From Actinomycetota bacterium (lineage in GTDB: Bacteria; Actinomycetota; Geothermincolia; Geothermincolales; RBG-13-55-18): DNA of 64,000 bases. Below are positions 1-10,069 of the stretch, piece by piece. The stretch is from NCBI GenBank assembly GCA_028697145.1, contig JAQVFR010000016.1:736-64735 (forward strand), read 5' to 3'. How positions within the stretch are numbered: position 1 is the first letter of the stretch; each line of letters begins with the position of its first letter. The notes under the pieces were generated by a model. It did no database searches, was not told the origin of the DNA, and worked only from the letters and a program-made list of their open reading frames with translations. The translations under genes and the position numbers were made by a program.

Positions 1-27
1 CTCCCCGGACCGCGCCGGATCGAGGAT

Positions 28-666
28 TCAGGGCACTATGTCGGTCCCCCGCGGGACCACGTACCACCTGCCCTTCTGGTTCTCGAGGATGATCCTGAGG
101 TTGTCGGAACGGCTGATCTCGCGGGACGAGCCGCCACCGGTCCTTATGACGCAGTAGTCGATATAGGCGACCGCCTCGTAGTTGCTCTGATGGTCGACCA
201 CGAGGCTCACCTCTTCGTAGCGACCTCCGTCTCCGAGGTATGAGACCACGCTCCTGTACTTGTCCTCCGCCGCGGTCCGGTCATGCTCCTCGAACAGCTC
301 GAGGAAGGCATCCATGTTCCTGTCGTTCACGGCATCCATCAACTGCCCGGACCTTTTACCGGCGGACGGATTGCCCCAGACCGTGAAACTCAGGACCAGC
401 CAGACCACTACCGCCGCGATAACGATGGCATAGAGGACGACTTTCACGCGGAACCTGCGAATCTTGGACGTTACCACCTCGCTCACCTGCGGGGCGAGCG
501 TATCCCTGTCGCCCCTCCACTCCCCCGGCGCCGCATAGGCCTCACCCGGCTCTCTGGCGGGCATGCCCGCGGGGGCGAATGCGTCGGCACGGTCGATCGT
601 CTCCATGCACAGGGAGCAGAATCGTGCGTTATCGGGATTATCCGCACCGCATTTCGGACATTTCAT
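28..666 (-). CDS. zinc-ribbon membrane-anchored protein (N-terminal CxxC..CxxC ribbon, one TM helix, C-terminal globular domain)
   Basis: ORF 28..672. Motif KCPKCGADNPDNARFCSLC. Hydrophobic segment VVLYAIVIAAVVVWLVLSF. ATG at 666 lies 6 nt after GGAAGGGG. Confidence 0.6.
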   Translation of the reverse strand: MKCPKCGADNPDNARFCSLCMETIDRADAFAPAGMPAREPGEAYAAPGEWRGDRDTLAPQVSEVVTSKIRRFRVKVVLYAIVIAAVVVWLVLSFTVWGNPSAGKRSGQLMDAVNDRNMDAFLELFEEHDRTAAEDKYRSVVSYLGDGGRYEEVSLVVDHQSNYEAVAYIDYCVIRTGGGSSREISRSDNLRIILENQKGRWYVVPRGTDIVP

Positions 667-700
667 GACCAACCCCTTCCCGCGACGTGAACACGCACCA

Positions 701-1438
701 TCATCCGATAAGCCTTTTCTCGGCGAACCACCCTCCCAGCGCCCCCATGGGCAGCTCCAGAAACAGCGTGAAGAGCAATCCGGCCAGCGTGAACAGGGGC
801 ACGTATACCTCTCCGGTCATGACCAGGATAAGGACCAGGGATACAAGGGGCTGCCACAGGAAGACCACGCACGCGGCGCACCCCGTCCCGAACATCCACC
901 CCCTCCCCCTCTGCATGGCCCGCGAGGATATCGTATATCCCCCCACGGCAAGAACGAGCGCGTCGGAGATGAAGAGCAGGGCGACCCCGATGTTGAAACC
1001 TGCCTCGCTGCCGCCGAAGGCCGCGCCGAGCAGCAAAATGCCGATGAGGAAACGTAAAACGAAGAGGACCAGGAAGGTAAGGAACGAGTACGAGAGCAGC
1101 ATGATCGCCACTTCCGTTTTGCCGATGCGCGGCGTGAGGGCGGTAAGCCTCATGCCCGAGTAGCCGCCGCCATGCAGGGCGGCGGCGCCGTGCGAGGGGG
1201 GAGCGTCGTAGACGTACCCCCCGGGCTGTTGCGCCATCTCCTGGGCCAGGGCCCTGTAGTCTCCCGGGGAAACATAGGGTTGCGCGGCCGCTTGCGTCCC
1301 GGCGTCACGGGGACCGGCCCCGTTGCCGTGAGCCGATGCCGCCCCGTTCCCATTACCCGCCGCTAAGCCGGCGAGGCACAGGGAGCAGAACGCGGATCCC
1401 TCAGCGTTTTCCGCCCCGCAATGCGGACAGACTACCAC
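701..1438 (-). CDS. zinc-ribbon polytopic membrane protein (Gly/Ala-rich linker, about 4 TM helices)
   Basis: ORF 701..1615. Motif CPHCGAENAEGSAFCSLC. GTG at 1438 lies 9 nt after GGGAGG. The upstream part of the ORF looks non-coding. Confidence 0.55.
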   Translation of the reverse strand: MVVCPHCGAENAEGSAFCSLCLAGLAAGNGNGAASAHGNGAGPRDAGTQAAAQPYVSPGDYRALAQEMAQQPGGYVYDAPPSHGAAALHGGGYSGMRLTALTPRIGKTEVAIMLLSYSFLTFLVLFVLRFLIGILLLGAAFGGSEAGFNIGVALLFISDALVLAVGGYTISSRAMQRGRGWMFGTGCAACVVFLWQPLVSLVLILVMTGEVYVPLFTLAGLLFTLFLELPMGALGGWFAEKRLIG

Positions 1439-1775
1439 CTGGCTCAACCTCCCGGTCCGGTCCTCCCATGATAGGATTCGGCAGACAATACCTCGAGCTG
1501 AAACGCAAAGCAACGCCTCTCGCTCCCCGCGCCAACCCCGCCGGCACTCACCTTTATCATTTTCATCGCAGAACGCGTCACTTCCTTCCCATCCGAGAAG
1601 AAAGCGGCGCACCACTTGCGCGACGGGGTTTTTCTCGCGGGAACAGGGAAATCCGTTCCGCTACGGGGAGAAATCGAGGCGCCGCAACCGCGTTGCGGAA
1701 TGTGGGCAAACATGCAACGGCGTCAATGACCGGCCCCTGGGGAACAGGGGATGCCAGGACGGCGGGTCCCGGCCG

Positions 1776-2120
1776 TCATCCCTCCTCGCCTGGCTCCAGG
1801 TCGGTGCGGGCGCCATCCACCTCGCGGTAAAAGCACGACCTCTCCCCGGTGTGGCAGGCCGCCCCGATCTGGAGGACCTTGATGACGAGGGCGTCCGCGT
1901 CGCAATCGTACCGGACTTCGCGTACATACTGGCGGTGCCCCGACGTCTCCCCCTTACACCAGAACTCCTGGCGGCTTCTGCTCCAGAACCAGGTACGTCC
2001 GCTCTCCAGCGTGCGCCGCAGGGACTCCCCGTTCATGTACGCAAGCATGAGCACTTCGCGGTTCTCCCAGTCCTGGATGATCACGGGTATCAGGCCGTTG
2101 TCGTCGAACTTGAACTCCAT
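1776..2120 (-). CDS. hisI: phosphoribosyl-AMP cyclohydrolase (monofunctional, no HisE domain)
   Basis: 114 aa. [49 protein letters not shown] are typical HisI motifs. Confidence 0.9.
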   Translation of the reverse strand: MEFKFDDNGLIPVIIQDWENREVLMLAYMNGESLRRTLESGRTWFWSRSRQEFWCKGETSGHRQYVREVRYDCDADALVIKVLQIGAACHTGERSCFYREVDGARTDLEPGEEG

Positions 2121-2121
2121 G

Positions 2122-2853
2122 CTATCCGACCTCCGGCGGTTGTTCCTCGCCCAGGTATATCTTCTTTATATCATCGCTCTGCAGCAGTCCGGCGGCGTCT
2201 CCCTCCAGGCGCACCTTGCCGGCGCGCATGACGTAGCCGTAATCGGAGACGCTCAGGGCGATCTGGGCGTCCTGCTCCACCAGGAGGATGGTGAGCCCCT
2301 CCATGTGCAGCCGCTTCAGGCAGGTGAAGATGTCCTTTATCACCAGGGGAGCGAGGCCCATCGACGGCTCGTCGAGGAGGAGCATGCGGGGCTTGGACAT
2401 CAGCGCCCTGGCAATGGCCAGCATCTGCTGCTCTCCTCCCGAGAGCGTCCCCGCCATCTGCCCCTTCCGCTCTCCCAGCACCGGGAAGATGTCGTACACG
2501 AAGGCGAGATCCTCCCGGATCTCCTTCCTGTGGCGGCGGGGGCGCAGGTAGGCACCGAGCTCCAGGTTCTCCTCAACGCTCATGCTCGCGAACACCTGCC
2601 GTCCTTCCGGGATATGGGAGATGCCCATCTTCACGATGCGGTGAGGCTCCAGGTTTGTGATGTCCTGGCCCACGTAGCGGATCTCGCCGTAACGCGTGGG
2701 TATAAGGCCGGATATGGCCCTGAGCAGCGTGGTCTTACCCGCACCGTTGGCCCCGATGATGGTGGTTATCCGCCCCGCACGGGCCCACAGGTCGATGGCC
2801 CTGAGGGCCTCGATGTTGCCGTAAAAGGCGGAGACGTTTTTTACCTCCAGCAA
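2122..2853 (-). CDS. livF: branched-chain-type amino acid ABC transporter ATP-binding protein (LivF family)
   Basis: Walker [10 protein letters not shown], signature LSGGEQQML, Walker B LLLDEPS. The stop is 1 nt before the hisI start. Confidence 0.85.
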   Translation of the reverse strand: MLEVKNVSAFYGNIEALRAIDLWARAGRITTIIGANGAGKTTLLRAISGLIPTRYGEIRYVGQDITNLEPHRIVKMGISHIPEGRQVFASMSVEENLELGAYLRPRRHRKEIREDLAFVYDIFPVLGERKGQMAGTLSGGEQQMLAIARALMSKPRMLLLDEPSMGLAPLVIKDIFTCLKRLHMEGLTILLVEQDAQIALSVSDYGYVMRAGKVRLEGDAAGLLQSDDIKKIYLGEEQPPEVG

Positions 2854-2906
2854 TATGCCACCTCGCTACCTCCCGGTTATCCGTCGTTCGCGATCATTCA
2901 TACCCT

Positions 2907-3707
2907 TCAATCCAGCTCAGAACCAAGATAAGCCTCGATGACACGGGGATCGCCCTTGATCTCATCCGGCGTCCCCTCAGCTATGATCTCCCCGTAGTCA
3001 AGCACCAGCACCTCGTGGGAGATGCGCATGACCAGCCCCATATCGTGCTCCACCAGGATAACCGTGACGCCCATGTCGCGGAGGCGGTAGATTATCTCTC
3101 CCAGCTCGCTCGTCTCGTAGGCGTTCAGGCCCGAGGCCGGCTCGTCAAGCAAGAGGATGCGCGGTTTCGTGGCCAGGGCCCTGGCCACCTCCAGCAGCCT
3201 CTGCTGTCCGAAAGGGAGGGAGCCCGCGAGGTTGTCCGCCTGCATCTCCAGTCCCGCGATATCGAGTATGCGCAGCGATTCCTCCCTCATCCAGGCCTCC
3301 TCGCGCATCGCCGAGGGGGCTCTGAACGCCGACTTTACGAATCCCGCCCTGGTATGGTGGTGCAGCCCGACCATCACGTTCTCGATGACCGTCATCTCCG
3401 GGAAAAGGCGGATGGTCTGAAAAGTCCTGGCGATGCCGAGGGCGGTTATCTCGTGGGTGGCCAGGCCTACGATGTCCCTGCCCTGGAAGACAACGCTTCC
3501 CTCATCCGGAAGGTAGATGCCGGTCAACAGGTCATAGAGGGTCGTCTTCCCCGCCCCGTTGGGCCCGATGATGGCCTTGATGGACCCGCTCTCCACCTTG
3601 AAGGATACGTCCTTCACCGCCGCGAGCCCACCGAAGGTCTTCGTGAGGCTCATGGCCTCCAGCAGGGCCACGTTCGCGCCGCCGTCCGGCCTGCTCTCCC
3701 GCGACAT
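2907..3707 (-). CDS. livG: branched-chain-type amino acid ABC transporter ATP-binding protein (LivG family)
   Basis: GPNGAGKTT, FGQQRLLEVARAL, LLLDEPASGL and the C-terminal LivG-type extension. Confidence 0.85.
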   Translation of the reverse strand: MSRESRPDGGANVALLEAMSLTKTFGGLAAVKDVSFKVESGSIKAIIGPNGAGKTTLYDLLTGIYLPDEGSVVFQGRDIVGLATHEITALGIARTFQTIRLFPEMTVIENVMVGLHHHTRAGFVKSAFRAPSAMREEAWMREESLRILDIAGLEMQADNLAGSLPFGQQRLLEVARALATKPRILLLDEPASGLNAYETSELGEIIYRLRDMGVTVILVEHDMGLVMRISHEVLVLDYGEIIAEGTPDEIKGDPRVIEAYLGSELD

Positions 3708-4835
3708 CTACTCCACCGCCTTCCTGCGGAAGGGGTTTACGAAGGGACTGCGGCGCAGGCGCACCAGGTCTGACAGGCCCTTGGTAATACCGGAGGGCAT
3801 GAATATCATGGTCAATACGAGGATGAGCCCGAAGACGATCCCCTCGTAATTGCTGTATCTCTCGAGCCACTTCGGCGCGTCTCCCACCCATTTGGGGATG
3901 GCCTCGACCATCTTGGGGAGGAAGGTGATCACGGCGGCGCCCGCGACCGCCCCCCAGATGCTCTCCATGCCCCCGATGACCACCATGGTCAAAACGGAGA
4001 TGGAGAGGGTGATGGTGAACATGTTCGGATCGATGTACCCCTGCAGGTTCGCGTATATGCCCCCGGCCAGTCCGCCCAACGCTGCGGAGAGCACGAACAC
4101 CTTTATCTTCTGCGCCGACACGTTCACTCCCATGGCTTCCGCCGCCACCTCCGACTGATGGAGCGCCCGCATGGAGCGGCCGACGCGCGAGCGCACCAGG
4201 TTCGAACAGAGGATGAGCGCGGCGAAGACGATTATCCATATGAGATAGAACTGCAAATACAACTCGGGACGCTGGGCCTTGTCCTTGATGAAAGGCAGGT
4301 CGAAACCCGTGATGGATGTAAAGGGCAGGTTCAGCGAGGGGATGCCGCTAAGGCCGAAGTTGCCCTCCGTCAGCCAGGTCATCTCGCGCAGGAAGACGAA
4401 GACGATGATAGCCAGGCCCAGGGTGGCCATGGCCAGGTAATGCCCCTTCAGGCGCAATACCGGCGCGACCAGGATCCCGAAAAGGGCGGAAACCGCTATG
4501 GCCAGGGCAATCCCCACCCATACGGGGAAGCCGGCTTTCAGGGTCAGCAGCGCGGACGTGTAGGCCCCGATCCCGAAGAAGGCCCCCTGGCCCAGGGACA
4601 CCTGGCCGGCATAGCCCATGAGCAGGTTCAACCCGACGGCGGCGATGGTGTACACGCCCACCAGGCGCATGATGAAGACGAAATCGAGGCTGATGGTCTT
4701 GTAGACGTTCTCGGCCCACAACGGCATGACCAGGATGAAGAGGAAGAATATGAGCAGGGCGCGGTTGCGCTTGAGCAGCGCGAGAAAGCGGGAACCCGCC
4801 GCCGCCTCTTTACCGCCCTTTTCCCCGGCCATCAT
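3708..4835 (-). CDS. livM: branched-chain-type amino acid ABC transporter permease (LivM family)
   Basis: 375 aa polytopic protein with GYAGQVSLGQGAFFGIGAY motif. Abuts livG and overlaps livH by 4 nt. Confidence 0.85.
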   Translation of the reverse strand: MMAGEKGGKEAAAGSRFLALLKRNRALLIFFLFILVMPLWAENVYKTISLDFVFIMRLVGVYTIAAVGLNLLMGYAGQVSLGQGAFFGIGAYTSALLTLKAGFPVWVGIALAIAVSALFGILVAPVLRLKGHYLAMATLGLAIIVFVFLREMTWLTEGNFGLSGIPSLNLPFTSITGFDLPFIKDKAQRPELYLQFYLIWIIVFAALILCSNLVRSRVGRSMRALHQSEVAAEAMGVNVSAQKIKVFVLSAALGGLAGGIYANLQGYIDPNMFTITLSISVLTMVVIGGMESIWGAVAGAAVITFLPKMVEAIPKWVGDAPKWLERYSNYEGIVFGLILVLTMIFMPSGITKGLSDLVRLRRSPFVNPFRRKAVE

Positions 4836-5743
4836 ACCTTCTCCACCACCCCTTTACCGATGAGCCCCTGCGGCCTCAGCAGGAGCACGGTCACGAGCAG
4901 GAGCGCCGCCACCGCGTCCTTATAGCCGGTAGAGACGCCGAGCACCACGGTGAGGAATCCCGGGATGAGTTCCTCGAGGAGTCCCAGGACAAGCCCCCCC
5001 GTCACCGCTCCGAAGGTGTTGCCGAGCCCGCCCACCACCGCGGCGGTGAAGCCTTTAATGCCCAGGAAGAGCCCGATGGAGTAACTGGCGTAGGGGGCGT
5101 TGATCAGGCCCGCTATGCCGCCCAGGGTGGCCGCGAGCAGAAAGGAATACAGCGACATGCGGGACACGTTAATGCCCACCAGGCTCGCCGCCTGGCGGTT
5201 GATCGAGCACGCCCGCATGGCCCTCCCCGCCCGGGTGCGGTTGAAGAAGAGGTAGACGAGGAGTACGCTGACCACCGTCAGCCCCAGGACCCAGAGGAAC
5301 TGCCGGGAGACCGTCACCCCCGGTATGGTTATGTTCCCCGTTGAGAATTCGGGCACCTTGTATGCCTCCTTCGGCCAGAACATGCGTCCCAGCGCCTTGA
5401 AGAGGATGGAGGCCCCCACCGTGGCGATTATGGCGGTGATGACGCTGGCGTTGCGCAGCGGGTAGATCATCAGTCTCTCCATGAGGGCCCCGATGATGGC
5501 GGTGGCCAATATGGCCAGGATGATGGCGACGGGCAGCGGCAGCCCCAGCGTCACGCCGAAGGTGAAGGCGAACAGTCCCCCGAACATGCAGAACTCGCCC
5601 TGCGCGAAGTTTATGATCCCGGTGGAGTTGAAGATGATGTTGAACCCCATCGCCACCAGGATATAGATGCATCCGTTGGCGAGGCCATTGGCGATATACT
5701 GCGGGCAGTTGCCCAGGAAATCCACTATCGAGCCCAGGGGCAT
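4832..5743 (-). CDS. livH: branched-chain-type amino acid ABC transporter permease (LivH family)
   Basis: 303 aa polytopic protein. GLANGCIYILVAMGFNIIF..INFAQGE is typical of LivH. Confidence 0.85.
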   Translation of the reverse strand: MPLGSIVDFLGNCPQYIANGLANGCIYILVAMGFNIIFNSTGIINFAQGEFCMFGGLFAFTFGVTLGLPLPVAIILAILATAIIGALMERLMIYPLRNASVITAIIATVGASILFKALGRMFWPKEAYKVPEFSTGNITIPGVTVSRQFLWVLGLTVVSVLLVYLFFNRTRAGRAMRACSINRQAASLVGINVSRMSLYSFLLAATLGGIAGLINAPYASYSIGLFLGIKGFTAAVVGGLGNTFGAVTGGLVLGLLEELIPGFLTVVLGVSTGYKDAVAALLLVTVLLLRPQGLIGKGVVEKV

Positions 5744-5819
5744 ACACCTCGTATCGAAATAGAAAAGGAGGAGGCCGGAGGGAGTTCCAGCCTCCTCCTT
5801 CCGTCCTTTTTACCCTTCT

Positions 5820-7016
5820 TTACTTGGAATAATGCTCCCACTTGGAGTCCACGATCTCCACCATGGTCAGGTCGTCCGGGGACAGTCCGTTGTGGTCCGT
5901 CGGCGAATAGGTGAAGATCCCTGCCGTCCCCACCAGGCCTTCCGTGGCCTCGATCTCGTCGCGCAGTTCCTCCGGCGTGACATCGGTGCCGGCGCGTTTC
6001 AGGGCCTCGACGATGATGGTTATCGCGTCCCAGCCGTGGCCGCCGAAGGTGTCTATATGCTCGCCGTATTCCTCGAAATATGCGTCCGAATAGTCCTTTA
6101 TGAACTCGTATTCCTCGCTGCCCGGCTCCAGGATCAACTCGAAGATGAGCATCTTGCCCGCCGGGAAGACCACGCCGTTGGCCGCATCTCCTGCCAGCTC
6201 GATGAAAGCCTGGTTGGCGATGCCGTGGCTGCCCACGTAAGGAAGGTCTATCCCCTTGTCCCGCATGCGCTTGGCAATCTTGGCGGGGCCCGGGTTGGTC
6301 CCCCACACCACCACCACCTCGGGATCGGCGGTCATGATGTTGGTGAGGTGGGTGTCCATGCCCTCCTCCGATTCATCGGTGACGTATCCCTCCGAGACCA
6401 CCACATCGAGTCCGTAATCCGCCGCCTCCGATTCCACCACCGCCTTGCCGTCGGTGCCGAAGGCGTTGGTGTCGTAGAGGAGGGCTATCCTCTTCACCCC
6501 GAGCTCCTCGGAAACGTATTCCAGCACCTTCTTGCCGGCTTCGGTGGCGGTGGGAGGCGTACGGAAGATCCAGGTGAAATCGCCGTCCATTATGTTCGCG
6601 CCAGCGGCCATGGTGACCATGGGGACCCGGGCCTTGGTTGCCTCCTGCTTCATGGCGATGGTCGTGCCGGTGCCGCTGGAGCCGATGAGCGCCACCACCT
6701 CCTCCTGTTGCAGCAGCTCAACCGCCGCCTGCTGGGCCTTGTTGGCGTCGCTCTGGTCGTCCTTGATGATCACCTCGATCATGTGGCCGTCTATACCGCC
6801 GGCATCATTGAGCCTATCGACGTAAAGCTCTATGGAGTTTCGCTCGGGCTTCCCCAGCGGCTCGTTGGCGCCGCTCTCGGATAGAACCACGCCGACCTTG
6901 ATGGGCTCTTTGCTGTCCGTCTCCGTCTCCCCATCCCCACAACCCGGCAAAGCCAGCAGGGCGGAGAAAACGAAGGCTGCGACCGCGATGATAAGTAGCG
7001 TTCTCTTGCCGCGCAA
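5820..7016 (-). CDS. ABC transporter substrate-binding lipoprotein (LivK/LivJ-like, periplasmic binding protein type 1)
   Basis: 398 aa. Signal peptide with LPGC lipobox-like site. IKVGVVLSESG..ALIGSSGTG is typical of Leu/Ile/Val-binding family proteins. TTG start after GGGGG. Confidence 0.8.
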   Translation of the reverse strand: MRGKRTLLIIAVAAFVFSALLALPGCGDGETETDSKEPIKVGVVLSESGANEPLGKPERNSIELYVDRLNDAGGIDGHMIEVIIKDDQSDANKAQQAAVELLQQEEVVALIGSSGTGTTIAMKQEATKARVPMVTMAAGANIMDGDFTWIFRTPPTATEAGKKVLEYVSEELGVKRIALLYDTNAFGTDGKAVVESEAADYGLDVVVSEGYVTDESEEGMDTHLTNIMTADPEVVVVWGTNPGPAKIAKRMRDKGIDLPYVGSHGIANQAFIELAGDAANGVVFPAGKMLIFELILEPGSEEYEFIKDYSDAYFEEYGEHIDTFGGHGWDAITIIVEALKRAGTDVTPEELRDEIEATEGLVGTAGIFTYSPTDHNGLSPDDLTMVEIVDSKWEHYSK

Positions 7017-7145
7017 CCTAAACTACCCCCTTTACTTCCCATTACCTTCATTTACCGACTGAGCTTCCCGGCGGAGACGAAGAACGTCCACCGTAGAAGA
7101 TATTTCTACCATACCGCCTGCTTTGATGTCCATATCGCTGCGGGC

Positions 7146-7913
7146 TCACAAGCGCACCGGGATGCCCTTGCCGCGCAGGAATTCCTTTGCCTCGCGGATG
7201 CTGTGCTCGCCGTAATGGAATATGGACGCCGCGAGCACCGCGTCCGCACCCGCTTTCAGGACCACCTCGGCCAGGTGATCGAGAGTTCCCGCCCCGCCGG
7301 ACGCGATCACCGGCAGGTTCACCGCCTCCACCACGGCGCGCGTGAGCTCGATGTCATAGCCGTCCCTGGTGCCGTCGCGGTCCATGCTGGTGAGCAGTAT
7401 CTCGCCCGCTCCAAGCGCTTCCACCCTCCTGGCCCACTCCACGGCATCCATCCCGGTCGGCGTCCTCCCCCCGTTGATATATACCTCCCAGGTGCCGTCT
7501 CCCCTGGACTTGGCGTCTATGGCGATGACCACGCACTGGGAGCCGAACCTGCGCGACGACGCCTCGATCAAAGACGGGTCCTTTACCGCCGCCGTATTCA
7601 GGGAGACCTTGTCCGCGCCCGTGGCCAGCATGTGGCGTATGTCCGCCTCGTTTCGCAGGCCACCTCCGACGGTAAAGGGTATGAAGACCTTTTCCGCCAC
7701 CCTCGCCGCCATGTCGAATACGGTATCACGCTCCTCGTGGGAAGCCGTTATATCCAGGAATACGAGCTCGTCCGCGCCCTCGCCGTCGTAGACGGCCCCC
7801 ATCTCCACCGGGTCCCCCGCGTCGCGCAGCGATACGAAGTTGATCCCCTTCACCACGCGCCCTTTGTCCACGTCCAGGCAGGGTATGATGCGTTTCGTGT
7901 GCACGATCACCAA
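7146..7913 (-). CDS. hisF: imidazole glycerol phosphate synthase cyclase subunit
   Basis: [39 protein letters not shown]. Confidence 0.95.
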   Translation of the reverse strand: MVIVHTKRIIPCLDVDKGRVVKGINFVSLRDAGDPVEMGAVYDGEGADELVFLDITASHEERDTVFDMAARVAEKVFIPFTVGGGLRNEADIRHMLATGADKVSLNTAAVKDPSLIEASSRRFGSQCVVIAIDAKSRGDGTWEVYINGGRTPTGMDAVEWARRVEALGAGEILLTSMDRDGTRDGYDIELTRAVVEAVNLPVIASGGAGTLDHLAEVVLKAGADAVLAASIFHYGEHSIREAKEFLRGKGIPVRL

Positions 7914-8011
7914 CTCCTTTTAAGTGGCGCATCCCGAGGCGCCTTGCTCTCCCTTCCGCGGCAGCGTCACGCTCCAGCTCCTCGTGCTGGAACACCGCAA
8001 GCGGGACTCCG

Positions 8012-8737
8012 TTAAGTCTCCTCCATCGCCAGGGCGTCCTCCAGGTCGACGCTTCCGGCGTAGATCGCCCTCCCCAGTATCGCTCCCTCCACCCCCCGTC
8101 CCGCGAGCGACTTCAAGGTCTCGAGGTCGGACATACCGCTTATCCCGCCCGCGGCTATGACGCCGAGCCCGTGCCCCAGCAGGGGCTCGAGAACGCCCGT
8201 ATCGTATCCGCTCAGGGTACCGTCACGGGTGACGTCGGTGTGGATTATGCGCTCGGCCCCGCACGCGGCGAGGTGGTCTATGACCTCGGCGGGCGTGCGC
8301 GCCGCCATGCCGCGCCACGCGGCCGTGGCCACTTCGGCGCCCCTCGTGTCCACGCTCACGATTACCCGCGGGCCGAAAGCCCCGAGCATCTCCTCCGCGA
8401 AAGACGGCTCCTCCAGGGCACGGGTGCCGAGTATAACCCGCTCAACGCCGATCTCCAGCAGGAGCTCGGCGTCCTCACGGCGCCGCACGCCGCCCCCGCA
8501 CTGCACCGGTATGCTGACCTTGCGCAGGATCTCACGCACCGCGTCGCGGTTAACGGGATGTCCCGCCGCAGCACCGTCCAGGTCGATCACGTGCAGGTAA
8601 GAGGCCCCTTTTTCCTGCCAGGCCAGGGCCGCCTTCCAGGGATGCCCGGAGTACACCGTCTCCCGGGCGAGGTCCCCCCGGAAGAGCCTGACGCAGCGGC
8701 CTCCCTTGATGTCCACGGCAGGGTAGATACGGAACAA
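8012..8737 (-). CDS. hisA: 1-(5-phosphoribosyl)-5-[(5-phosphoribosylamino)methylideneamino]imidazole-4-carboxamide isomerase
   Basis: ORF 8012..8833 over-extends into hisH. TTG at 8737 (FRIYPAVDIKGGRCVRL) lies 8 nt after GAGGGGG. GTG at 8746 is the alternative start. Confidence 0.85.
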   Translation of the reverse strand: MFRIYPAVDIKGGRCVRLFRGDLARETVYSGHPWKAALAWQEKGASYLHVIDLDGAAAGHPVNRDAVREILRKVSIPVQCGGGVRRREDAELLLEIGVERVILGTRALEEPSFAEEMLGAFGPRVIVSVDTRGAEVATAAWRGMAARTPAEVIDHLAACGAERIIHTDVTRDGTLSGYDTGVLEPLLGHGLGVIAAGGISGMSDLETLKSLAGRGVEGAILGRAIYAGSVDLEDALAMEET

Positions 8738-8750
8738 TACCCACACCCCC

Positions 8751-9356
8751 TCAAGCCCGCATGCGGGCAAAGCCGTCCAGTATGCGCAGGCCGGCGGAAG
8801 AGCTCTTCTCCGGGTGGAACTGGAAGGCCACAAGGTTTCCCCGTGCCGCGCCGGAGGCGAAATCGATCCCGTATGAGGTAGTGGTCAGGCAGTCGCCCGG
8901 CTCGTCGGCCACCACGTAATACGAGTGCACGAAATAGAAGAAGGAGCCCTCCCCCACTTCCTCCAGCACGGGGTGGGGGCGCTCGAAGCGCGCGTCGTTC
9001 CATCCCATATGGGGTATCTTGACGCCGGGTGGAAACCTTATCACTCGCCCCGGCAGCACCGCGAGGCCGTCCACCCCCGGGCTTTCCTCGCTGGATTCGA
9101 AGAGCAGCTGGTAGCCGAGGCATATCCCCAGAAAAGGCAATCCTTTCCCGATGGCTTTTCGCAGGGGCTCCACCAGTCCCCTCCTCTCCAGTTCGTCCAT
9201 GGCGTCGCCGAAGGCGCCTACCCCGGGCAAAACTATGCCCCGTGCCCTCTCCAGCTCACGGGGATCATGGCTCACCATGACCTCGTGTCCCAGGAAGGCG
9301 AAGGCCTTCTCAACGCTGCGCAGATTACCCATGCCGTAATCGATTATCGTTATCAT
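8751..9356 (-). CDS. hisH: imidazole glycerol phosphate synthase glutamine amidotransferase subunit
   Basis: MITIIDYGMGNLRSV..LPGVGAFG..GICLGYQLL..FQFHPEKS. Confidence 0.95.
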   Translation of the reverse strand: MITIIDYGMGNLRSVEKAFAFLGHEVMVSHDPRELERARGIVLPGVGAFGDAMDELERRGLVEPLRKAIGKGLPFLGICLGYQLLFESSEESPGVDGLAVLPGRVIRFPPGVKIPHMGWNDARFERPHPVLEEVGEGSFFYFVHSYYVVADEPGDCLTTTSYGIDFASGAARGNLVAFQFHPEKSSSAGLRILDGFARMRA

Positions 9357-9379
9357 GACGCGCTCCGGGTCCGCCGTCC

Positions 9380-9970
9380 CTAAAGGATCCCCTTGGTGGA
9401 GGGCACGCCGCGCCCGGATGGGTCAGGCGCGACCGCCGCGCGCAGGGCCCTGCCCAGGCCTTTGAAGACGGCCTCGAGGACGTGGTGGGGGTTTTCCCCG
9501 CTCATGCTCTTCACGTGCAAGGTCAGGTCGCCCTCGTTCGCGAGGGCCTGGAGGAACTCCCGCACGCAGGTGGGATCGAATTCGGATATGAGGCGCACGG
9601 GCAGGTCTACCTGGTAGGAAAGGTGCGGCCGCCCGGAGAGGTCCAGGGCGACGAGGCACAAGGCCTCGTCCATGGGCAGAAGTGCCCAGCCGAAACGGGT
9701 TATGCCCCTTTTCTCGCCCAGCGCCTCCTTCAGGGCCCTGCCCAGGCAGAGGCCGACGTCCTCCACGGTGTGGTGCTGATCCACCTCAAGGTCTCCGCTT
9801 GCCCGCAGCTTCGCATCGAAGCCGGCGTGGCCGCAAAGCAGGGTCAGCATGTGATCGAAGAACCCTATGCCGGTGCCGATCTCGGTCTCACCGCGGCCGT
9901 CGAGTTCGATCTCCAGCGAGACGTCGGTCTCGGTCGTCTTTCTCTGCACTCGCGCATTTCTCATGCTCAT
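9380..9970 (-). CDS. hisB: imidazoleglycerol-phosphate dehydratase
   Basis: RKTTETDV..GIGFFDHML..DQHHTVEDVG..GENPHH. Start is uncertain: ATG at 9970 or 9964, or TTG at 10003. Confidence 0.88.
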   Translation of the reverse strand: MSMRNARVQRKTTETDVSLEIELDGRGETEIGTGIGFFDHMLTLLCGHAGFDAKLRASGDLEVDQHHTVEDVGLCLGRALKEALGEKRGITRFGWALLPMDEALCLVALDLSGRPHLSYQVDLPVRLISEFDPTCVREFLQALANEGDLTLHVKSMSGENPHHVLEAVFKGLGRALRAAVAPDPSGRGVPSTKGIL

Positions 9971-10069
9971 TAGATTAGCACACCACGCTGGGCAGCGACA
10001 CAAGCGCCCGCCTCTGCGCAGCTCGCGATCACCACGGGGACACGGTGGGGAGCTATTTCGTCTTGCCGG

